The notes beneath the pieces were generated by a model. It was not told where the DNA came from. It saw only the letters and a list, made by a program, of their open reading frames with translations, and did not search any database. From positions 1,488,001 to 1,552,000 of the forward strand of contig CM022668.1 in assembly GCA_012295275.1 (NCBI GenBank): 64,000 bases of DNA. Reading direction: 5' to 3'. Position numbers and translations under genes: made by a program. Source of the DNA: Chrysomallon squamiferum (Eukaryota > Animalia > Mollusca). Below are positions 13,001-25,200 of the stretch, one piece after another. Position 1 is the first letter of the stretch. The number at the start of each line of letters is the position of its first letter.

Positions 13001-16000
13001 ATTACAACTCTGCCATGTTGAAATATTCCTAAATCTGAAGCTAATATAATAGTATTAATTAAGTTTAGACATTCAAGTTACCTTGTATTTTCCTTCTTCA
13101 ATGAATTCAGCTTTGAACTGGTGTCGACACTGACACAGAGAAACGCTGCGCTCTATTTCATCGTGAATTACCTCCACGTCCGGTTTCTGCCGGGAAGCAG
13201 CTTTTGCCCTTGCAGACTTATTCTAAATAATTAAAAATAAACATTTGAACTTTAATTATAAAAAACAATGGGGACAAAACCTCAATTAGCAGACACAGTT
13301 ATGGCTTTTAGTTCAATTGTAAGCTCCTAAACATCAGTGTTATTTAAATATGTTGTCAAATAAATTAATTAGTCCAGAAAGTACTTCCAAGGCCTTACAA
13401 CAAAATAAAAAATATATTTAAAAAATGGCAACAAAATAAAAAACAAATCAGTAAAGAATATAAGTTCACTGAAGTGAATCAAAAAGTTTTTGAACAGATT
13501 CACTTTTGAAAAATAAGCTATGTCTTGCTACATCACATCTTTCAAACTTTTAATACCTTGTCTGGTTTCAGGGCATCAATAAACTCTTTGTATTCCATGA
13601 ATCCTCGTTTGTCAAAAATGTCAAATACAGCATTCAGTTCTGTCTTATTGGATGGGAATTCTGAAACACAGATAAACAATGTTAGTCAGGACAAGGTAAA
13701 TTTTCTTTAATTTCTAATATGGTAATATTTTTTCAGTTGTAAGATTAAGAAATGTTTATTTATTGAAATAGCTACCCTTTTTGTTTTTGTAATTATGATA
13801 ATTTAAGACTCATTTAAATGTATATAGGAATAATTTTGTTTTGTAAACTAACTCACTTGATTTCAACATTCCCATCACAAATTCATCTCGAGAAACAAAA
13901 CCATCACAATCTTTGTCCTGTCGACGGAAAAAGTCAGAAATGCGATATTTCTTTGCCTGGACCCAGTTCAGGTATCTCTGTCTCCAGAGGTCAAAGTTGA
14001 AATTCTTAAAACTCTCAAGCTACAAAATAAATTTGAAAAAGAAATTAAGAATAAAAAAAGCCTTTATAAAAACAAATTATATTCTATCATGAAGCAGATA
14101 ATTTCTAAATAAAATATTTATAAAATGATTTTTAATTTCTGCAATATAATAATATGAATAGGATCAAATTTGTTTAAAATAAACCCTTAAATCCCCACAG
14201 TGTTGAAGATATTCTGTCCCTATGAAAATAGTGAATTATAGTTATTTGTTTAAGAAAAAAATCCCTCTAAAAAATTATTTTTGTTTAAATTGTGAATAAA
14301 TATTTACCTCCATTAAAGTGTCATGTGCGTCTTGAAGCATTTTTTTCCTGTCTACAGACATTCTCCACACAGTTCTCCACTTTGCCTGCAGTGCCATCAC
14401 ACGAGGGTTGTAACCATCTGTCTCATTCAGCCTCATGTTGCTGACAAAATAACATGTAATAAACTCACTGCTTTGTAATATGAAATTTTCCTGTAGTTAG
14501 TCTAAGAGAACAATCCAGTTAATTTGTTTCTGGATGAGGTATGCAAAAATAATCAGAATTAACTTTTTATAGAAGACAAAACTACTTCAGTTAATCAAAT
14601 ACAAGCAATCTAATTTTTTTTTTTTTTACTGAAGAGTTGAGTATGTAATATTGCATTAGACTTAAAAAAGTCTGTTGTCTATAAAACAATACCACATATT
14701 TCTTTGAGAAAAAAGAAATGGTTCCTCCAAACAAAGACCTACAAACTAACCTTCCATATTTCTGTTTGTTTTCCAATGAGACAAGTTTTGTCAGTCGTTC
14801 AGCATCAGAATTCTTACTTGTTACCTCCTCATGGAATTCCTGAAACATTCAGATTTACAGGGTCAAACAATCTGATTTATTCAAAAAAAATAGTTAAATA
14901 TCATCAGGTTTCTATCTTGACAAATATAAATTTATAACATTATATTTTAATATTATGAGATTTTCACCTTTGGTAAAATAGCAATTTTCTAAATGGATAT
15001 TTCCAAAAGAGTCATTATCATTCTTTCTTCAGTAAAGAGAATTCATTTTCAGCAGCCTTTCTAAATTCTGAATAAGAAAAAGGATTTTCATATTAATTCA
15101 GGTCCTACCAAATGTTCTTTGAGCAGAGTCTCAACCACTTTAAGATCATCTGGAATGGGATCACGTTCTTTGGTTGCTAGGAGAGCCTGGGCGTCGGTCA
15201 GCCACGCCAGCAACTCTTCAAGCAGAGCTGCGTTGCCCTGGATGTTTTTCAGTGCTTCCTGTAGACGTGTCGCTCTGTTTTTGGCTCGCAGCAACAACTA
15301 GCAATACAGAAAACAACATGATTATTTCAAAAGAATGAGAGAAAGAGAACATCTTGATTTAGTCTCATTTTGTCTGAGTGATAGTAATATTTTCAACATA
15401 ATGAAAACTAGTTTGATCTTTTCCTTGGTATACAGTTCCCACCCTATTAGTGTGAAGATAAGTAACAAATCTACAAGTTCACCCCTCATCAGTTTGAAGA
15501 TTTGTAACAAACCTGGTCCCATCGTGTCTGGGTGATAGTGAGGTAGTATTTGACGAATCTGACAGCGTTTGGGTGACAGGCAGACAGAATTTCCTCCGCC
15601 AACTGTTTGATTCTCTCCACAATGTCTTGATGACTCCTCAGACCTTCCTGGAATTTCTGAAATGTAAACAACAGTCTTAGAAGAAATGTCATATCATAGC
15701 AAGGAAGTTATGTTCTTGACTGCAAAACTAATACTTCACAAGCAACGGGTTTATTGTTGCACTACAGGATATTAAGTATTATACATTTTTGTAAAATAAC
15801 TGATTTTAAATTTGATCATATATTTTTTTTTGCTAATGTCGTGAAATTTAATTATTTCAAAAGTTCTGTTTTGTTTTAATTGATGGAACTGACCTCATGT
15901 CTTTCAATCAGCTGAATGATTGCAACTTCATCATCTGGCAAAGCCCTGAACTTGAGTTCAGATTCTGCATGAGGCAAGAATTCTCTCATAGTTGTCACCA

Positions 16001-18852
16001 CTTCCTGGAACTCTTCAGCCTGAAAAATCAAAATAAATAGACATGCAAGGTATTTTATGTAACTCCTTGAATAAACTTGTCTTTATATATGAACTTTCTA
16101 TGTAAAATTAGAAATAATTTAAATTACTCCATTATGATTTCTTTTTTATATGGGTATATATTTTTCTTTTTTACTTTTTTTACCTTTTTTTTTTTTAAAT
16201 AACTAATAAAGTAATAAATCTGCATAATTTATAAACAAACATATCCAACAAGTCTTACCAAGGTCAGAGCGTTTCTGAGCCTGTTTTCACGAACATCACT
16301 CAGGTGGTTGACTCTGTCCCACAGTCTAGTGAGCTCTTCAATCTGGGAGGCAGGAATGTTACCAGCACTCTTCATTGTGGCAATGGTGGGCTCTCGGGCA
16401 GCAAGCTCTTGCTGGATAGCCTTTAGATTTATAAATTAAATAATAATTATTAAAAAAAAAGAAAAAAAAAAGAAGTCATGTCCATTAATTATGAGTTTGA
16501 CAATAACCAACAAATAAAATTAAAAATAAATAAATTATCTTGGGTTATATTTTTATTTGTCTGCCATAATTAATGTATGTTAAAATTTATGTTTCAGTTA
16601 TTTTATAATTGTCCATTTTATTAATAGTTATACTGCTGCCTGCTAAATTATGCTGTCAGGTTTTATATGTTAACTAAACATGAAACCTCAAAGACTGGAC
16701 ACAAGACTATTATGTTAAATATTTATTATGTTTAATGTTCAAGACAAGGCAGCTGATAAGAGATGATAGATGCTCACCCTGTGTTGTTCAAACAACATGT
16801 GTACAGTGTCCAGGTCTCCCAGCACTGGTTGGTCCTCGGAGATAGTGGACTCGGCTTTGTTCAGCCATTCAAGTAACGAGTTGAGTGCGTCAGACACTCG
16901 CCCTGAGGTAAGCAGCGCCTCATCCAGTTTGTTCTGACTGAAATAAAAATGAAAAACGTTAGCTGAACAGTATCAAAATTAAATTTAAAAAATGTCAGTA
17001 TTAAGTACAACAAAAGAATTTTTATTTTGTTAATTTTATTGTTATGACCGTCATCTGGCAAATAATAAATTAATGTAAATATTGTTTTAACAACTTGCAT
17101 GTAGCTGTTGTGTTGCATGCAGCAAATGAAAGACAAGTTGACATCTGTCAGTTTATACAAGCAAATACTGTGCTGAAAATACATTGCTACAAGCGCTGAA
17201 ACATCGCTAAAACAAGTTTTAATATATACACAGTATATTAAACATAGGCAAACATGAACAAAATCAGAACTGTTATTTCTTCTTGTTTTTTATTTTATTT
17301 TAATTTATTTATAAATATTTTGAAAGAACTATAAAGCTTACTTCAAAAAATTATGTCTTTAAAGCAAACGGCCATGCCTCGTTTCCCGCGCATTTTTTAA
17401 GTAGGCCATGCAAATTAATGAGCGATAATAATAATAAAATAACGATAACAACAAAAATAATAATTTAAAAAGTTTAAAATAAAGTTTAATAAAGTAAATA
17501 ATTTTTTTTTTTTTTTTTTTTTTTAAATTCAAAACATTCAGTCACCGCTGTCTTAGATTTACTAATTAATTAATTATATAATTTAATCTTGAAGACAATT
17601 AAATCTGAATTAAAAATTATGTAAAAATATTCTGGAAAATATCTGCTTTTTATTATTATTAATATAAAAAATTATTTTGTTAATTAATTATTATTTTTGT
17701 AAACGAACTAGAAGACTTTAGATTAGTTTTAAAATTCAAAAAAGTTTCGTTATTTATTTCTCATTATGTTTCGTTTCAAAAAAGTTGACGTCTGCATAGT
17801 TTCATACGAACACCCTGGGCTACGTTATGAAATTTCAACACTTTGTACGTGAATGTTCTGGTTCACCGCTTTTATGTTTATGTTTTCAGTTACAGTATAA
17901 AATGTAACTAGCTAACGATTACAATGTTCGAGAAAATAACCATAATAATCATTGGAGAATTTAAATGACCTCATTTCATTCTAATTTGCGTTTTTAGTCA
18001 TCTTCATCAGTTATGTTTGTATGTCTCCAAAACGCAACGATCGGTGATTTTTAGAAACAACATTTATTTTATTAAACAACCAGATGTTTGAGATCAACAC
18101 TTTTTATGAATGTTAGTAATACATTGATCAAAGCGACTTACTCGTTAACAGAAGGGAAAGCAGCTGAAGAAAGTTTTAAAAAGTATGTTTATTAAGCAGA
18201 AATATCATTATCATAATTATGTTTCTAAAATACGAAAAGTCTCTGATGCCTTTATATAACTATTTCAACAGCTGAAAGGAGGAAAAAAAAAAAAAAAATA
18301 ATAATAATAATAATAAAAATTCCCTTAAGAAGTTACATCCACAGCCAATCCCATTCAAGGGTATTTTGCACCATTAAGATGGCGTCGATTTGACAGCGGT
18401 ATTAAACAACAATAGTTAACAGAGATGACAGCCTCCAGTAGCCGTCTTTCTAGAAAATACGCATGTATGAAGTTCATTCATCGCAAAGATTTTTGGACGT
18501 TTCCAAGCCAGATGTATTGCTTAAAGAAACCATTCTAACGTATAATTATGACCGTAATAAAGCATCTACTGTTGCGTGTAATGGAGAAACAGCATGTTAC
18601 TGAATGGCCACTTGTGTACCTGGTACGTTTTTCAGTACTAAGTCAAATTTTAAATAAATTAAATAAAAAGAATAAATCTTTATATTAACGAACGGCAACG
18701 TTTTGAAAATGTTTATAATGCGTAGTAGACCGTGTGGTAGTATTCATTAACATGTTTCATAAACAAGTCACACTGTATTTAATTATCTGTTTATTCTAAA
18801 CGGCAGAATTATTTGATACCAACATTAATGAATTCAGAATTTTTTAAATAAT

Positions 18853-18883
<31 letters not shown>

Positions 18884-21800
18884 TAGATATTTTTTTTTTT
18901 ATGTTAAGGACAAATATAATCGCATGTAAAGGTTTTTCATGATTACAGTTAAGCCGCAGTCGGTCTGATTTTATTACCATTAGTAAAAGGTGAAAATTCA
19001 ATAATATTTACAAATGATAAAATAAGACATTCAAAATAAAAGTGAAGCAATGTTTATAAAACCACTCGATGGACATCATTCAGTAATAATTTAAATAAAT
19101 GAGACTACTAGAACACGTAGTTCCAGTTACTTGTACACAAACATCGAGTTCCAGTCTATTTGTCACTTGTTTATTATGTACTCTCCTAACAAAGCTTGTC
19201 ATTCAGCTATGACACAGGATATATCACTTTATCTGCTAATACACATATAACTCGTACAGGAATGCTACATAAACTACAAAGAAGAATGCCACTTACAGAG
19301 TACTGCTACATGATTCCCCTTGTTAATACGCTGACAAAGTCTTTGGTACGTCAGTTTGTCAGGACCTACATATGAGATTTATTACAGTTCCAGCGTATTA
19401 TAAACTCTCCGTAACAAGTTAACTGAGTATGATTTATCACCTCGTCTTTACTACATACATACTGCCAGTCAAACGAAACATCCATTCAATACAAGATAAT
19501 GTCACTGTAGTCTTTATAAAAATACAGACTACAGTAAAAAATACATTTGTCCACAAATAAATATCTTAAAAGGAAAACGAAGATTAGAAATTCATGCTGA
19601 ACCTAATAAAATAGTGAGAACGTTGTGGCAGGACAAAATCTAATCAACGATTGTGGTTCAGGCTTTTATCTTTTCTTTTTTTATTATTGTGTTTTGCATT
19701 CCTTGTATTGCAATTAAAATGGGATTTCTCATACATTTTTATTATCAACTTATTTCAGTATTTTTCTTCTCTCTTTGCAATTTTTGTTTCAAAGAATCAC
19801 TCAAATGTTTTGTACAAGGTTACAGGGAATCAGATTTTGCTAACAACGTTTAGTGTTTAGTTTGTCACAGAACGTGAGACTTGTATTTATCCTTGCATGA
19901 CAGGTAGATAAAAAATAAATAAACGTTCGCTTTTTCTGTAACTAAAATTAGTATCAGGATTTTATTAAACGTTGAAATTGTAATATTTATTCGATTATTA
20001 CTAATTTTTCTTGTTTTTACTGAATAAAAATTTGAATCAAAAAGTATACCAATGCTTGAATATATATATATTTTTAACAATTTTCTTAAAACGTATAACA
20101 ACATGCAGATAATGTTAACAGTTATTATTTATATATCTGTGTACTTTTGAAGACGAAGACGTAATAAAATCAATCTTTTAATAATCTGTATAATAATTTA
20201 ATACGTGTGTAAGTAAAGAAAGCCAAGGAAAGACATGAAAAGACATAACCACTTTCTCTTTCTTGTCGAGATTAAAGGACTTTCTTTTCTCTGTTTTTTT
20301 TTTTTTTACTGTTCTCAATATAAATATACATAGGTGAGAGAGTTCCTTTAACGCTAAAGCAAGCTTCAGTAACTAATGTGAGTAAAATACCATCATGACC
20401 GCCCTAGGCAGTTATGTAGTCATTAATATGCAAAGCTTTGCTCATATTTTTAATTTTTTTTCACCGTGCTAAAAATAAGTTTATAAAGCCGAGGGAATTC
20501 CTTTAACTGTAATCCAAGCTTTTGTAATGTACGTGAGTGAAATATCAACATATCACCCTACCTGAAAGCCAAATAAACGAATTACTCCATGTGCATTTTC
20601 TCACGTCAAAATGCCTTGTTTTTCCACATTATATATTATTTTGAAGTTTTAGTAATTCTATATATATTATACCAAAGAGTCACAATCTATACTAAACGTA
20701 CAAATTAGTCTATGTAAATTTGTAATCCCACCCACCAAACCAAACAAAAACAACTCTGTAAAGGAGAATTAAAGACAATGGATAGTTAACAAAAATAAAA
20801 AGATATTATAATTCAAAACCTGCATCATTTGAATGTCATGTTTATAATTAAACACATGTTAAAGTCCAGTTATTGTAGAATTATGAATAGTAATAATTAG
20901 CATGTCACTGCAGTGGTATGCCACTTTATTACTATTATTAATATGACTCACTTTCTAAGCTCAAACGTAGAAAATTATAATTTATATACAGCGTTACTGC
21001 TTATGATTAATCAAGTAAAAACTAAGAGTTACCTACATTTGTCATCCATTGGTGTTAATATTAGTTTCCAGCGTTGAACAAATATATGTTTTACAAATAT
21101 ATGTGAATATATATATAAATACATAAACAAATATATAAAGATTAAAACACAAATATAGATTAAAGTAAACTTTCGGCCGATGACGATATACATTTTCACC
21201 TGAATCATCGCGAATGAAGTGATGTGTTTATTTTGCATGCACTGTGTGTTTGTAACCACTTAAAGGAAAGCTTACAATGCTCTTGTATCAGTTAAACACT
21301 GACGGGTTTCTCCACAGATCATTTAGTTGTGTATACATTAATAATAGGTAAAGCTTTATCACCAGATGTATCGTCAGTAATATCAACATTTATTTACGTC
21401 TTACACGCACACGCGAAATAGACTAAGAAAAACAGACTTATAAAACAGATTCGCAAAGAGGTATAATTTTACCGCTGGTGTAAATAAAACTGCATCTCCG
21501 TGGACAGCGCGACAAGCCGTATTAACTAACACCTGCTATAAAAGATGAGAATCTTATACAAGTTACCTTGGCGATAAGTACGGAGGTGTTGGGAAAAATC
21601 TGTCTTCACCATAATATCCATAATCCTCGGAGTCATCATCTCCACACGACATTTCAACATGCGCCGAAATCACAAACAAAACATCAATGCATTTCCGCCA
21701 TTCATTGTCGGCAAATCCAGGTGCGAAGGAAAAAAACACTCAGGTGTTTGTCGAGTTCGAATCCATTTATCGGCGACTCAAAAGCGCGGAATATTAAACA

Positions 21801-22053
21801 GCAACCAATGTTACTAACAAAGTTGTTTGACTTGTGCAGAAGTCAAAACTACACTCGTTTAGAGACACATTTACAGTTTAAATGGCTGTGTTATTATCAC
21901 AGGTGTTAGCTCGAGTACAGGACACACTCAACTGACACTGGTTGACTGACCCATTCGTTTGTATTGTACAGTTATTTTGGGACAGTCGAAGAGGTACGCA
22001 TCTATAGTGCGCAACAAAAGTTTAGCAGTAATTTCGTTGCATCTGTTATTATT

Positions 22054-22088
<35 letters not shown>

Positions 22089-22157
22089 ACTTGTTTTTAA
22101 TATTATTAAAATACAATTATTATTGTTGTTATTGTTGTTGCTTTTATTATTAAAATA

Positions 22158-22219
<62 letters not shown>

Positions 22220-25200
22220 GACCTGCTTCACATTGCATATTGCATTTTAAACTGATGTTTTTATTGTTTGGAAGTATACGCAGTCTCCAGATGGCTCTAT
22301 TGATTGTTTTGTTTACTTATATCCTTTCTTAGCAAACGTAAATTCAGTGTCAAATCCCAGACTGTGTTTGGAACATCAATAAACAGATATATGTTTTTCT
22401 TTCTGATTGAATAGAACTGCTAAGTAATTTGATATCAAACTGAAAAAAATATTTTCTTTTTCTCTCATTGTATTTTTAAAAAATACATATGAAAAAAAAT
22501 TCAAATATTTAGCTTATTATTGAGAATATTATTTATTAAAACATAATTAGTAAATAGGTTAGGTTTAGAGAAATGGATTCTGGGAACTAGGTATTTGCTG
22601 GAACTAATTAAAAACACAAATACCTATACACTCTTATAAATTATTCCTGAAAGCCAATGAAAACGAGAATAAATAAACAAATATATGTAAATAGTTGTGT
22701 TTACTGTTATTAATTTAAATGAATTTAGAATTGTTATACAACATATTTGTGCTCCAAGCACTGATATATTATTACATGTTGTACCTGGTAAATGATTTAA
22801 GCTGCAGGCAGGTAAAGCTACAGGTGTTATGTAATACTGATTAATGCAAAAGGAAGTTCAAAGCTGTGAGTTAATCATATTAGTGTTTTATATAAAATAC
22901 AACATAATCTAATCATTTACCCTGTAAACCCATGTAACTTGAGTTAACATGGCAGAGAAAAAATAGATGTGTTCATTTTTTACTGGAAATTAGTGTTGAC
23001 ATTATTTTAATTAAGTTAATGATTAAAAAGTAGGTGTTTTAAGTTGTGTATTGGCAGTTTGTATTGTTTCTGACTGGTACATAGTTAATGTGATTTAAAA
23101 AAACAGAATATTCATTTTCTTATTTTATTTCTGTTGTTGATGTTTTAGTTGGTATATCAGAACCACAGTGACAATCATCTAGATTTGTGAAGAGAAGTGG
23201 TTTAATTACAGAGGTGAGGAGATTGACTGTAAGACTAGATGTAAAATTATCCAGTGTGTTACTTCATACTGAAGAAAGTAATACACACACTTTCAGGATG
23301 ATGTAGATTTGTAAACAAAAATGATTTATTTTAAAACTTTGAGAACTTTCTGTATTAAATAAATTTAAACTTATCCAGTGTACTGCTATATACAGCCCAT
23401 TCAGGTAACCAATAAACACAGCTTCAGAGTAAGTGATGTTTTAAAACAAGCTGGTTGTTGTTAAATTGGATGTGTAACTATTTCAGTGTACTCAGTGATG
23501 TAGTAGTGTATATCAATACAGCAGCTTGTGCAGGTTACTTGAAATCAATACAACACATTCTGTGTAAACCTCAACTAGACTGGTCTACATGACTAACTGC
23601 ATTAGTCATCATTATTTCTAAATAAATGTTTAAATATTTGATTTTAAATTTTCAAGTTTTCTGAATACTTATTTTTAAGTAGAATTTGTAATTATACATT
23701 GGTTATGAATAAGTGAATATTTTCTGAATTTATTTAAAACTGATGTGATATTCTGACAATAACTTGTACACTTCAGTGAAAGAGAGGAGAGCATCTGTCT
23801 GTGTGTGCATGTGTGTGTGTATTCATGTAACTCAGTACATGGGAGTTTTATGTGTTGTGTGTGTTGAGTGTGTCTATGCTTATGTGTGTGTTGAGGTATA
23901 TATTTGTGTATATGAGTATGTGCAAGTTTTGTGTGTGTTGAGTGTCTATGCTTAAGGTATATATTTGTGTATATGAGTATGTGCAAGTTTTGTGTGTGTT
24001 GAGTGTGTCTATGCTAAAGGTATATATTTGTGTATATGAGTATGTGTAAGTTTTGTGTGTGTACTGTGAATATGTTTTTGTTACATATGGACCACTGTCT
24101 CAGGTTTATTATTAGTAATAACAACAACAACAATAATATTACTACTACTACTACTACTACTACTAATAATAATGTGTTTATTAGTTAAAAAGTAAATTTA
24201 CCTTTTTGAGACCACAGATCTGACTGAGTTCCACTTATTCTTCAGGTCATCAAGCATGTTCTGCAGCACCTCTCTCTCTGGGTCCTGCTTCGTGCACCGG
24301 TCTTTGAGATTGCGGCCAAGTCGTGTTGTTGAGTAGAACACAGGATGCTTGGAGGCCAGCTGGTGCTGGAACCGCTGTGAGAAATCAAACATGATGCTTA
24401 ATTAGTTGACTTTCAGCTCCTTAATTACAATCATAGCAGTCTTTCAGCATAAACATAATTGGTTACAAAAATAATTTTCAATTATTTTCCAATCTAGCCA
24501 CTGTTCCATTTCAGATTATTAAAGTTCATGGTATGTGATGCTCACTACAGGAAGATACTTATCTCTTTTGCTAATTAAAAATGCAGCCCACTGCAGTGTA
24601 TCTCCTCTATCATTGTGTAGTTAATTACAGCATTACAGTTCTTCTTAACCTTTGTCATTCCTTGTGTTGTGTGTACATGTATGTGTCTGCCTATGGGTAA
24701 TGTGCATGGATGTGTGTGTGTGTGTATGTGTGTGTTTCCCAGTGTTTCCTTTTCCAGGTACAAATAAAAGCACTGATAATTCCTTTAAGAAACATTTTTT
24801 TTTTTTCCAAACAGTCAAATGATAAAAAAGAGTGACAGTGATCTAGAAATGATTTGCTGATTGTCACTGCTGATACTCACAGCTGTGCACTTTAATCCTG
24901 TCAGGTAAAACACCAACGTAGCCCCAGGTGACCGACAGAGATGTCACCGTGATACTTCATTAAATTTCTACTCTTGCCAGAGTGCATATCAGTGACCTCA
25001 GTGTTTCAGCCTATTTAAACAACCTTTCTTTTCTTATCCTTAATAGACCATGAAACACTTAAAAAGCTCATTTTTACCCAAAAAACCTCCAAATCACTGT
25101 TTTAGTATATGTCTCTGAATAGTCAGACTACCAAGAGTTTGCAAGAAAACTTTGAAACAAGATATTCCAGATTATCTTAACATAATAAAACCACTAAAAA

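Noticed and set aside
20461-20490. snRNA PSE-like TCACCGTGCTAAAA plus TATA
   Set aside because: Spacing is wrong and no recognisable snRNA follows
21568-21909. 113-aa + strand ORF
   Set aside because: TTG start and no family motif; better explained as the antisense of the candidate - strand first exon
24927-24948. Small GAGA-tetraloop hairpin
   Set aside because: Short stem expected by chance; no ncRNA context
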